In this document: piece after piece, positions 54,333 through 64,000 of the stretch
Position numbering within the stretch: position 1 is the stretch's first letter
How the letters are laid out: every line of letters begins with the position of its first letter
Program-made: the position numbers and the translations under genes
NCBI GenBank assembly: GCA_029242795.1
Contig: JAQWTH010000008.1
Span: 11,260-75,259, forward strand
DNA: 64,000 nt
Source: Candidatus Pelagibacterales bacterium
GTDB lineage: Bacteria > Pseudomonadota > Alphaproteobacteria > Pelagibacterales > AG-422-B15
Direction of reading: 5' to 3'
Notes under the pieces: generated by a model
Told to the model about the DNA's origin: nothing
Databases searched by the model: none
What the model saw: the letters and a program-made list of their open reading frames with translations, nothing else

Positions 54333-55519
54333 TAGACTTTTTTTGTTGTTGAAGGAAGAGTAAATACAATGAAAAATAATATCAGCATTAATATTCCACT
54401 AGAAAGATATAAGTAACTAAATTCTTTTGTTGCTTCATAGCTTGTTGAAATTAGAAACAGAGCTATTGGCGCTATTGCAAATGAAACAATGAATTTGATT
54501 CCATACACAAGACTTTGATGCTTTTGGGGTGAAAAGTATGCTAGCAATAAATTTTCAGCAGGTAGTATAGATGAATTAAAGGCTACAATGAAAAGACTGA
54601 TGATTATTAGAAAGTAATTTGAAAGGCTAAATATAAAAAAGAGTAAAATCCCTTGACCCAAAATACCTATTAAATAAATATTTTTTTCTGGATATTTGTC
54701 TGCCAGTATACCTCCTATATAATTCATTAAACCGCTTACAATATAAATAAAAGATACTATTAATCCTATTTGTGATGCGCCAAAGTCTAATTTTTCTGCT
54801 AAACGAATATCTATAACTTTAGGTAAACTAGATTGTAAGATTTGATATACAAATGACATACATGTAATGCTTACTAGCATTATAATAGCAATTTTTAATA
54901 ATTGGTTTTGCTCTGGGTTATCATTAAATTTGTCCGAAATGATATTTTTATATGATATCTTACCTTGATAAATGTGAAGAAATAATCCTATACCTATCAT
55001 TATTGATATTAACCCTGGAAAAATAAAGGCATAATTCCAATTATACATATCAATAATTAAGCCTGAAGAGAATGCGCCTAATCCAATTCCTACACCACCA
55101 AATATATTATTAAATCCAAGAGCTCTGCCAGTTTCTTTAGATGTGTTTACAACCCATGATATACCTGCAGGATGATAGATTGAGCAGAAAAGTCCAAGAG
55201 CTGATAGATTTATCATTAATGAAAACTTATTATTGCTAAGTCCGCACAGTATTGAGGAGACTCCAAGTCCAATAAACATGATCGCTAGCATTCCGGAGCG
55301 GCTCCATTGATCACTAAGCCAACCTGCGGGAATAGAACCTAATCCAACTAATAGTGAGCCCAAAAGCCATAGGTTAATTAACTCATCATAAGAAAAATTC
55401 CAATCATCCTCAATTGCCAGAACAATTACAAAATAAAATGCTGCAAACATATGCATCATAAGATGCCCTGTAGCAGCATAAAATGTAATTAGACGAGGTT
55501 GCTTAATGATACTATCCAT
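54326..55519 (-). CDS. MFS transporter
   Basis: Start moved to ATG 55519 (MDSIIKQPRL...). About 12 TM segments. The MFS loop motif GWLSDQWSRSG lies between TM2 and TM3. Confidence 0.8.
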   Translation of the reverse strand: MDSIIKQPRLITFYAATGHLMMHMFAAFYFVIVLAIEDDWNFSYDELINLWLLGSLLVGLGSIPAGWLSDQWSRSGMLAIMFIGLGVSSILCGLSNNKFSLMINLSALGLFCSIYHPAGISWVVNTSKETGRALGFNNIFGGVGIGLGAFSSGLIIDMYNWNYAFIFPGLISIMIGIGLFLHIYQGKISYKNIISDKFNDNPEQNQLLKIAIIMLVSITCMSFVYQILQSSLPKVIDIRLAEKLDFGASQIGLIVSFIYIVSGLMNYIGGILADKYPEKNIYLIGILGQGILLFFIFSLSNYFLIIISLFIVAFNSSILPAENLLLAYFSPQKHQSLVYGIKFIVSFAIAPIALFLISTSYEATKEFSYLYLSSGILMLILFFIVFTLPSTTKKVYQ

Positions 55520-55748
55520 AAAAATGAGGAGATTTAAGGGTATTACAATACACAATATTGTTCATATATACAAAATTTCAATTATATTTGACTTTTTACA
55601 CTAAATAATGCAAATCCTAGTTCATGTTTAACTTTAAACATCACACTGCACATATTTAAGTTTGCTAGAAAAAACTACTAGCAGACCACGACCCCCTTAT
55701 ACCATTAAACAAAATATAGTATTATAGAGATACTAAAACTATGAATGT

Positions 55749-57140
55749 ATGAAAAAAGAACAAAAAAATCCTAAGGCTGTATTGCCAAAAGGATTTAAAG
55801 ATAATGACGAGATTACAATTAGTGTTCGAAAAAAAGTTTCGAAGACAATAGAAGAAGTGTGTCAAAATTTTGGATTTAGAGAATTAGAAACTCCTGCATT
55901 TGAATTTACAGATGCCTTAGGAAAATTCTTGCCTGATATTGATCGTCCAAGTGGTGGAGTATTTTCAATTCAAGATGAAGATAATCAATGGATATCTTTA
56001 CGTTATGATCTGACCGCACCATTAGCTCGCTTTGTTGCAGCTAATTATCAAAATATTGTAAAGCCGTTTAAACGCTATCAGAGTGGAAATGTTTGGAGAA
56101 ATGAAAAACCTGGACCAGGGCGGTACAGAGAATTTAGACAATTTGATGCAGATGTCATTGGAGTTCAAAGTGCTAATATTGATGCAGAGCTTTGCGTTAT
56201 GGTTGCTAAAATTTTTGAGAAACTTGGCCTCAGTTCAAAAGATTATAGAATCAAATATTCTAATAGAATGATTTGGAATGATTTGTTTAATGAAACTGAT
56301 ATTCCATTAAACCAGATTTCAGAAGTGTTAAGGGCCATCGATAAGCTTGATCGATTTGGTGAGAATGGAGTTAGAGAGCTACTTACAACTGGGCGAAAAG
56401 ATCAGTCAGGTGATGTGATGAGTGGGGTTGGCCTATCGGATGAGCAGGCTGAGTCTATCGTCCAATTTATAAAAAATGGAAATAAATCAAATGAACAAAT
56501 TTTAGATTTTGAAAATTATTTATCTAACTTCCAAAATTTATCAATTGATTTTGATCCATCAGTCGTCAGGGGGCTTGACTATTATACTGGAATGGTTTTC
56601 GAGGCAGAATTATTATTCAAGGTAAAGAATAATAAGGGCCTAGATATTGTTTTCGGCTCTGTTGCTGGAGGAGGTAGATACGATAAATTAATTTCACGAT
56701 TTGGAAAAGAAGATGTTCCTGCAACTGGTATTTCCATTGGGGTTGATCGATTAGTCTATGCACTGAAGCAAAGAAATAATTTAGATGTTTCAGAGAATCC
56801 ATTGGTTGTAATCGTTAATATGAACAATGAAAATCTAAACGAATATGTCAAGATTGCTGAAGAGTTAAGAAATAACAATATTCCATGTGAGATTTCATTT
56901 GGATCTCAAAATATTGGTAAGCAACTTAAATACTGTGACAAACGCAATGCTTCAATTGCAATTATTGCAGGTGATGAAGAGCTTGAAAAAGGAGTGCTAT
57001 CAATCAAAGATCTGTCAGCTGGAAAGGAAATCTCAAAACAAATAAGTGAAAGAGATGAGTGGAAAGAAAGTAAAGCAGGCCAAATAAATATTGAACGTCA
57101 GGATTTAATATCTTCTGTATTAAAAATTATTAAAAAATAA
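55749..57140 (+). CDS. hisS: Histidyl-tRNA synthetase
   Basis: 463 aa. Class II motifs: LRYDLTAPLARF, motif 2 WRNEKPGPGRYREFRQFDADV, motif 3 GGGRYD...GISIGVDR. A C-terminal anticodon-binding domain is present. Confidence 0.92.
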   Translation: MKKEQKNPKAVLPKGFKDNDEITISVRKKVSKTIEEVCQNFGFRELETPAFEFTDALGKFLPDIDRPSGGVFSIQDEDNQWISLRYDLTAPLARFVAANYQNIVKPFKRYQSGNVWRNEKPGPGRYREFRQFDADVIGVQSANIDAELCVMVAKIFEKLGLSSKDYRIKYSNRMIWNDLFNETDIPLNQISEVLRAIDKLDRFGENGVRELLTTGRKDQSGDVMSGVGLSDEQAESIVQFIKNGNKSNEQILDFENYLSNFQNLSIDFDPSVVRGLDYYTGMVFEAELLFKVKNNKGLDIVFGSVAGGGRYDKLISRFGKEDVPATGISIGVDRLVYALKQRNNLDVSENPLVVIVNMNNENLNEYVKIAEELRNNNIPCEISFGSQNIGKQLKYCDKRNASIAIIAGDEELEKGVLSIKDLSAGKEISKQISERDEWKESKAGQINIERQDLISSVLKIIKK

Positions 57141-57144
57141 TTTC

Positions 57145-58281
57145 ATGAACTCTATCCAAGATATAAACATTTTCCTAAAAAATTTATTTGCCGAAAATAA
57201 TTTTCAGTATGTGGATCTTCCATTAGTTTATAATTCCGAGGTATTTTATGAAACTTCTGGAGAAGATATAAGACGAAGAATGTTTTCATTTACGAATAAT
57301 TCTGGTGATGAAATGTGCCTTCGCCCTGATCTAACTATACCTACTTGTAAACATTTTCTTGAAAATATAAACAGGTTTGAAAATGGACAACTATGCTACA
57401 GTGGTCCAGTATTTAGATCCTCACTAACTTCTACTGAACAGTCTCTTGAATTAAATCAGTCAGGTATCGAAATTATATATAAAGATAGTTCTAAAATATC
57501 CAATTGTGAAAAGGAATTTCAGGCAATAAATCTAGCAATAGAAACCATTAATCAAATTGGTATAAATGATTTTAGTATACGCATTAGTAGTATTTCATTA
57601 TTTAATTTATTTATAAATTCTCTTGATCTTCCCCAAAGGTGGAAGCAAAGACTATTGAGACATTTTTATCGTCGAGATTATTTTGATAAGTTGTTAAATC
57701 GTATTAGTGATGGAGTTGGATATGATAAAGAGAGAAAATCAAATATCATCAGAGATGTTTTTGGAGATGATAAAATAGTAAATGAGGAAATAAAGGATAT
57801 TTTACTAAATGAAGACCAGCTAAAAACTGGATCAAGAACAATTGATGAAATTGCCTCCCGTTTTAATCTTAAAAGTGAAAGTGTTGTATCTTCAAAACAG
57901 GGAAAAGAAATTCAAAAAGTTATTAATGAATTTCTCTCTTTAAATGGTCCAATTCAAAAAATCGATGATCAAATGAATAAATTTATAAATGATTTTGATA
58001 TTCAAAGGTTTGATGTGGGGCAAGAAATGTTAAATCAACTGTCATCTAATCTAATAAAAATATCAGCTAAACCAATTTATTTCGACTGTGACTTTGGCCA
58101 TTCGATTGAATTTTATGATGGTATAATTTTTGAGATAACTAATGATCTTAATTCAGATGTCCTAATATCTGGTGGTCGTTATGATAAGCTTTTAAACGCC
58201 CTTGAAGATAAAGATCAATTCTCAGCAGTGGGTTTTGCTACAAATAATAATAATATTTTGAAGGCTTTAACCAATGTTTGA
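57145..58281 (+). CDS. hisZ: ATP phosphoribosyltransferase regulatory subunit HisZ (HisRS paralogue)
   Basis: 378 aa. HisRS-like catalytic core (LRPDLTIPTC, GGRYDKLL) without an anticodon-binding domain. Overlaps hisG by 8 nt. Confidence 0.8.
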   Translation: MNSIQDINIFLKNLFAENNFQYVDLPLVYNSEVFYETSGEDIRRRMFSFTNNSGDEMCLRPDLTIPTCKHFLENINRFENGQLCYSGPVFRSSLTSTEQSLELNQSGIEIIYKDSSKISNCEKEFQAINLAIETINQIGINDFSIRISSISLFNLFINSLDLPQRWKQRLLRHFYRRDYFDKLLNRISDGVGYDKERKSNIIRDVFGDDKIVNEEIKDILLNEDQLKTGSRTIDEIASRFNLKSESVVSSKQGKEIQKVINEFLSLNGPIQKIDDQMNKFINDFDIQRFDVGQEMLNQLSSNLIKISAKPIYFDCDFGHSIEFYDGIIFEITNDLNSDVLISGGRYDKLLNALEDKDQFSAVGFATNNNNILKALTNV

Positions 58282-58978
58282 CAATAAAGATAAAATTAAA
58301 ATAGCTCTTCCAAGTAAAGGTCGTCTGAGAAAAGATTTAGATGCTCTATTTGTATCTAAAAACATCAAGATATCTAATCAAACTGAAGACCGAAATTATT
58401 TAGCTACAATTGATGGTTTAGATAATTTATTAATTTATTTTTTGTCAGCAAAAGAAATTACTGGTCGTCTTGATGAGGGATCTATTCACCTAGGATTGAC
58501 ATGTGATGATTTAGTTCAAGAGAAGATTAGAAATTTTGATGTAAAAGTAGATAAATTATTACAATTAGACTTTGGTAAGGCAGATTTAGTTGTTGCAATT
58601 CCAAATTTATGGATCGATGTCATAAGTATGGCTGACCTTGAAGAAGTGAGTAACTTTCAAAGAATGAAAACTTCAAAAAGAATTAGAGTAGCAACAAAGT
58701 ATCCGAATCTTACTAATAGTTTCTTTTCAAATCGAGGTGTAGTCGATTATAGGACTGTAGAAAGTCATGGTTCTACCGAAAGTGCTCCATTTAATGGATT
58801 TGCTGACATTATTACAGACATAACATCTACTGGCCAAACTTTGAAAGCCAATAATCTACGCGTGCTTGATGATGGTTTAATATTACAATCTTCTGCAGCA
58901 ATATTTAAATCAAAAATTGTTGACTGGAATGAGGATCTAGAAGAAATTAGTAGAGTTCTTATTAATCTCTTAAAATAA
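58274..58978 (+). CDS. hisG: ATP phosphoribosyltransferase, short form
   Basis: 234 aa. IALPSKGRL, RVATKYPNL and the PRPP-binding DITSTGQTLKAN motif. Confidence 0.9.
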   Translation: MFDNKDKIKIALPSKGRLRKDLDALFVSKNIKISNQTEDRNYLATIDGLDNLLIYFLSAKEITGRLDEGSIHLGLTCDDLVQEKIRNFDVKVDKLLQLDFGKADLVVAIPNLWIDVISMADLEEVSNFQRMKTSKRIRVATKYPNLTNSFFSNRGVVDYRTVESHGSTESAPFNGFADIITDITSTGQTLKANNLRVLDDGLILQSSAAIFKSKIVDWNEDLEEISRVLINLLK

Positions 58979-58981
58979 TCT

Positions 58982-59398
58982 ATGGATCAGATTTCAATTC
59001 TTATGCCAATATTGATTTTGATAATCTGGAATTTTCTAATTTTTTTATTTTTGGCAACTAGTCGTTTTTTTTTATTCAGAAAAAAGGACCCACAAATAGC
59101 AGCACATACTAAAGATTTAAGAGGACTGTTGCCGTTATGGACTGAGAGATTAGCAGATAACTATAATCATTTATTTGAACAACCTGTTGCTTTTTATGCT
59201 GCTGTGATTTCTATTGCAGTAATCAATAACTTTGATTTATTTTTAGTTCAACTTGCTTGGACTTTTGTAATTTTGAGAGTGGTTCATTCAATTGTTCAGT
59301 TAACATTCAATTTTGTGCCATTACGATTTTTTCTGTTTTGTTTAGGCTGGTTTGTAATTGCATATATAATTTATCATCAAGTTAATTTGCTTTCATAA
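58982..59398 (+). CDS. MAPEG-family-like membrane protein
   Basis: 138 aa and 4 TM segments. NHLFEQPVAFY and RVVHSIV resemble MAPEG signatures. Assignment is tentative. Confidence 0.5.
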   Translation: MDQISILMPILILIIWNFLIFLFLATSRFFLFRKKDPQIAAHTKDLRGLLPLWTERLADNYNHLFEQPVAFYAAVISIAVINNFDLFLVQLAWTFVILRVVHSIVQLTFNFVPLRFFLFCLGWFVIAYIIYHQVNLLS

Positions 59399-59427
59399 AA
59401 AAACCCGGCATAAGCCGGGTTTTTTTA
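59398..59427. terminator. Bidirectional rho-independent terminator shared by the MAPEG-like gene and groEL
   Basis: AAAAACCCGGC-ATAA-GCCGGGTTTTTTT is a GC stem flanked by an A-run and a T-run, between convergent genes. Confidence 0.8.
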
Positions 59428-59446
59428 CAGAGTAAATCAGGTTGAA

Positions 59447-61117
<1,671 letters not shown>

Positions 61118-61128
61118 TTATTGAAATA

Positions 61129-61449
61129 TTATTTTTTCTTTTTTGATTTAGCTTTAGATTTTGTAGTAATTATTCCCATGATGTCTGACTCTTTCATGAT
61201 GCAAAGCTCTTCACCATTGATCTTAACTTCTGTTCCTGACCATTTGCCGAATAATACTTTATCACCTACAGAGAGATCCAAAGGCGTAATCTTACCATCT
61301 TCACTTTTATTACCTGATCCAACAGCAATAATTTCACCTTCATGAGGTTTTTCTTGAGCTGTGTCTGGAATAATTATTCCACCTGCAGTTTTTTCTTCGC
61401 TATCAAGTCTTCTTACTAAGACTCTGTCGTGTAAAGGGCGAAAATCCAT
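61129..61449 (-). CDS. groES: Co-chaperonin GroES with Lys-rich C-terminal tail
   Basis: 106 aa. [12 protein letters not shown]...[16 protein letters not shown]. Ends with the extra tail [12 protein letters not shown]. Confidence 0.95.
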   Translation of the reverse strand: MDFRPLHDRVLVRRLDSEEKTAGGIIIPDTAQEKPHEGEIIAVGSGNKSEDGKITPLDLSVGDKVLFGKWSGTEVKINGEELCIMKESDIMGIITTKSKAKSKKKK

Positions 61450-61505
61450 TGTTTTTGTCTCCTAATATTTAAATTTAAAGTTGCATTTTATGCTAACTAA
61501 CATGG

Positions 61506-61534
61506 CATATAGTGATTGTGAACCTAACTGTCAA
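61506..61534 (-). promoter_or_regulatory. Candidate groESL promoter
   Basis: On the minus strand, TTGACA (61534-61529), a 17-nt spacer and TATATG (61511-61506), about 55 nt upstream of the groES ATG. CTTGACA also resembles a sigma-32 -35 box. Confidence 0.4.
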
Positions 61535-61594
61535 GAGGCTGATATTTCTTTGATTTATATGAAAAAATAAGCTTTTTTACAAATTGAAGATTTC

Positions 61595-62368
61595 TTAGAG
61601 GCCGGGCGCTTCGCCACCATTAATAATGAGGTTTTGACCAGTCACAAATGCTCCTGCTTCAGATGCTAAAAAAACAGCGGCCCCAGCTATCTCATCAGGT
61701 ATTCCAATTCTTTTTAGAGCTGAATGGGAAGTAGCTGCCTTTAAAATACTTTCATTTTCCCATAAAGCCCTTGCAAAGTCTGTCTTAATTAATCCAGGTG
61801 AAATGCAATTTGCCCTAACATTATTCATGCCATATTCAACAGCTATATTTCTAGCAAGCTGTGAGTCAGCTGCCTTAGAAATTGCATATGCCCCTAGAAC
61901 AGGAGTTCCTTGAAGCCCCGCAATTGAAGATATGATAATAATAGTGCCAGATTTCCTTGATGTCATATCAGGCAGCGCTTCATTACAAAGCCAAAAATTA
62001 CTTTGAACATTTGATTTCATTATTTTTTCAAAAGCTTCATCAGGAGTGTTAATTGATGGACCAAAATATGGATTGACTGCAGCATTGCAAACAAGTGTAC
62101 TAATATCACCACACCATTCTTTTGATTTGGCGTATAAGTTTTTTAATTGATCTTTATCAGAAATATTGCATGCGATAGCAACAGATGCATCGCTACCAAA
62201 TTCATTATTTATTTCAGCAGAAACTTTTTCACACACATCAAGCTTCCGACTGGTTATGACAACCCTTGCGCCATGCTGTGCCATTCGATGAGCAATTGCT
62301 TTACCAATACCTCTAGAAGACCCAGTAATTATTGCATTTTTTCCAGTTAGATCAAAAAGAGATGACAT
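61595..62368 (-). CDS. Short-chain dehydrogenase/reductase (SDR)
   Basis: 257 aa. TGSSRGIGKAIA cofactor motif, NAAV and the catalytic YAISKAA. Confidence 0.9.
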   Translation of the reverse strand: MSSLFDLTGKNAIITGSSRGIGKAIAHRMAQHGARVVITSRKLDVCEKVSAEINNEFGSDASVAIACNISDKDQLKNLYAKSKEWCGDISTLVCNAAVNPYFGPSINTPDEAFEKIMKSNVQSNFWLCNEALPDMTSRKSGTIIIISSIAGLQGTPVLGAYAISKAADSQLARNIAVEYGMNNVRANCISPGLIKTDFARALWENESILKAATSHSALKRIGIPDEIAGAAVFLASEAGAFVTGQNLIINGGEAPGL

Positions 62369-62434
62369 AAATTGATACAGAAGTTAATTGTTTATTATAA
62401 GTTATTAAATTCAAACTATGCAATACTAAAATAT

Positions 62435-63295
62435 ATGTTAATTAATTATATTGAAGACCTTAATAATTTTATTGAAGATTCAAAAGTTATTCTTTGCGAT
62501 TTATGGGGTGTAATTCATAATGGTAAGGAAGTTTTCTCAGATAGCAGAGTTTTTCTCGAGTACATGAATGAACGTAAAATAAAAGTAATTTTTATTTCTA
62601 ATGCTCCGAGGCCTAATTCAGTTGTTGAGACAGGACTAATAGAGAAGCTAGGTCTGTCAAAAAATCTATTTCATTCAATAGTATCTTCAGGAGATATCAC
62701 CATAAATATGATTAATAAATTTAATCATGGTCATAAGTATTTTCATATTGGACCACCTAAAGATTATGATCTTTTAGAAGGCGTTCAAATTGAAAAAGTT
62801 GAAACATTATATAATGCTGATTTTGCTTTATGCACTGGGTTCGATGACGATGAACAACAGACTCCAATCGATTATAAAAATATCTTATCAGAGATGATTA
62901 AACTTAATTTGCCAATGGTATGTGCTAATCCTGATCTGATTGTTATTAGAGGAGAAAAGAAAATATTTTGCGCAGGAAGTATTGCTGAATTTTATTCTGA
63001 GTTAGGTGGAAAGGTAAGATATTATGGAAAGCCATATCAAGAAATATACACCCACGCTTTAGAAAATGCATTATCTGAGGGACTTATTGAAAACAAATCT
63101 CAAATGATAGCAATAGGTGATAGTGTTAGAACAGATATAAAGGGAGCTAATAATTTTGGTATTAATTCTATTTTCGTTGAAACAGGAATTCACAAGGACG
63201 AAATTAAAAATACAATTAATATTAAAAATTTTTTTAATTCATATCTTGACCATGTACCTCATCAGATAAATATAGTTAAATCTCTTAAATTATGA
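62435..63295 (+). CDS. HAD-superfamily hydrolase, subfamily IIA-like
   Basis: Start moved to ATG 62435. The nucleophile motif reads LCDLWGVIHNG (DxxG), followed by FISNAPR and IGDSVRTDIKGA. Confidence 0.75.
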   Translation: MLINYIEDLNNFIEDSKVILCDLWGVIHNGKEVFSDSRVFLEYMNERKIKVIFISNAPRPNSVVETGLIEKLGLSKNLFHSIVSSGDITINMINKFNHGHKYFHIGPPKDYDLLEGVQIEKVETLYNADFALCTGFDDDEQQTPIDYKNILSEMIKLNLPMVCANPDLIVIRGEKKIFCAGSIAEFYSELGGKVRYYGKPYQEIYTHALENALSEGLIENKSQMIAIGDSVRTDIKGANNFGINSIFVETGIHKDEIKNTINIKNFFNSYLDHVPHQINIVKSLKL

Positions 63296-64000
63296 AAATT
63301 TTTATAAATTATAAAAATATAGCAGAACATACGAAAGATTCGATTCTCTTATTAGGAAATTTTGACGGTGTTCACCGAGGTCATCAAAAAATAATTAATT
63401 CTGCAAAAAAAATTCAGTCAAAAAAAAATAAAAAAGTTGGAGTATTGCTATTTGATCCTCACCCAAAAATTTTTTTTAAGAAAGAAAAAAGAAATTTTCT
63501 ACTCACTCAAATTGATAAAAGGTGTGAAATCCTAAAAAATTATGGGGTAGATTATGTAATAATACTAAAATTTTCTAGTTCAGTAGCAAAAATGACTCCT
63601 CATTATTTTTGTAGCAAAATATTACGTGATGGAATTCAAATGAAATATATTTTTGTAGGAAAAAACTTTAAGTTTGGTACCAATAGAAGTGGTGACTATA
63701 AATACTTAAAAGATTTTGGAAAGAAGAACAATTTTTTGGTTTCCCCTGTAAGTATTTTTAAGCTTCCAGTTTCATTAGCAAAACACTTCAAGAAAAAAAT
63801 ATTTTCTTCTTCAAATGTCAGATTAGCAATTGAAGATGGAAAGATAAAATTAGCAAATAAAATATTAGGAAGATCATGGTTTATCTTTGGAAAGGTTATA
63901 AAAGGAGATCAAAGGGGGAGACTCATTGGATTTCCTACAGCTAATATTGAAATTGAGGGTTACTCACAACCAAACTATGGCGTCTATGCTGTAACAGTTC
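63292..64000 (+). CDS. ribF: Bifunctional riboflavin kinase / FMN adenylyltransferase (3' end cut by window edge)
   Basis: Absent from the ORF track because it is open-ended. ATGA overlap with the HAD gene. My translation MKIFINYKNIAEHTKDSILLLGNFDGVHRGHQKII... matches the GxFDGxHxGH motif, and the kinase part GFPTANIE...GVYAV lies near the window end. Confidence 0.85.
   Translation, partial: MKIFINYKNIAEHTKDSILLLGNFDGVHRGHQKIINSAKKIQSKKNKKVGVLLFDPHPKIFFKKEKRNFLLTQIDKRCEILKNYGVDYVIILKFSSSVAKMTPHYFCSKILRDGIQMKYIFVGKNFKFGTNRSGDYKYLKDFGKKNNFLVSPVSIFKLPVSLAKHFKKKIFSSSNVRLAIEDGKIKLANKILGRSWFIFGKVIKGDQRGRLIGFPTANIEIEGYSQPNYGVYAVTV

Noticed and set aside
55520-55748. Long (229 bp) spacer upstream of hisS with hairpins (ATGTTTA-ACTT-TAAACAT; TGCTAG-N9-CTAGCA) considered as an sRNA or T-box-like leader
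   Set aside because: The stems are short and AT-rich, and there is no T-box specifier or antiterminator logic or known RNA motif. Evidence is insufficient without expression or covariation data.
61450-61594. CIRCE (HrcA operator) upstream of groES
   Set aside because: I searched by eye on both strands for TTAGCACTC-N9-GAGTGCTAA-like inverted repeats and none is present.

Overview
AT-rich (about 30% GC by eye), very gene-dense window with short intergenic spacers and many ATGA/TAATG start-stop overlaps. No rRNA genes, CRISPR arrays, transposases or integrases were seen. Several features point to a streamlined marine alphaproteobacterium, possibly Pelagibacterales-like; this is inference and was not verified by any search. 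They are the murA-DUF2948-hisD-infA-maf synteny, the hisS-hisZ-hisG operon, a tRNA-His without an encoded G-1, and a glnT-glxBCD-amt cluster. Layout: (1) 1-4403 (-), a polyamine/opine-type ABC importer. (2) 4595-7718 (+), a cupin hydroxylase-like gene, an aldehyde dehydrogenase and an Ldh_2-family dehydrogenase. (3) 7738-10966 (-), a tightly coupled trio: an atypical M19-like amidohydrolase plus two proteins of unknown function. This is the best candidate here for an undescribed system. (4) 11162-17993 (+), a GS-like protein, three glutamate-synthase-like subunits (N-methylglutamate-type module), an ammonium transporter and small ORFs. (5) 18-30 kb, assorted metabolic and transport genes. (6) 30202-47615, a complete all-in-one type IV pilus locus (pilMN-O-P-Q-B-C; pilT plus minor pilins plus pilY1; pilD plus two pilins) with several unusual domain architectures. 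(7) 48-64 kb, housekeeping genes: dcd, murA, hisD, infA, maf, tRNA-Phe, tRNA-His, cytochromes, hisS/Z/G, groESL and ribF. All functional calls come from motif recognition in the supplied translations. No database search was possible.
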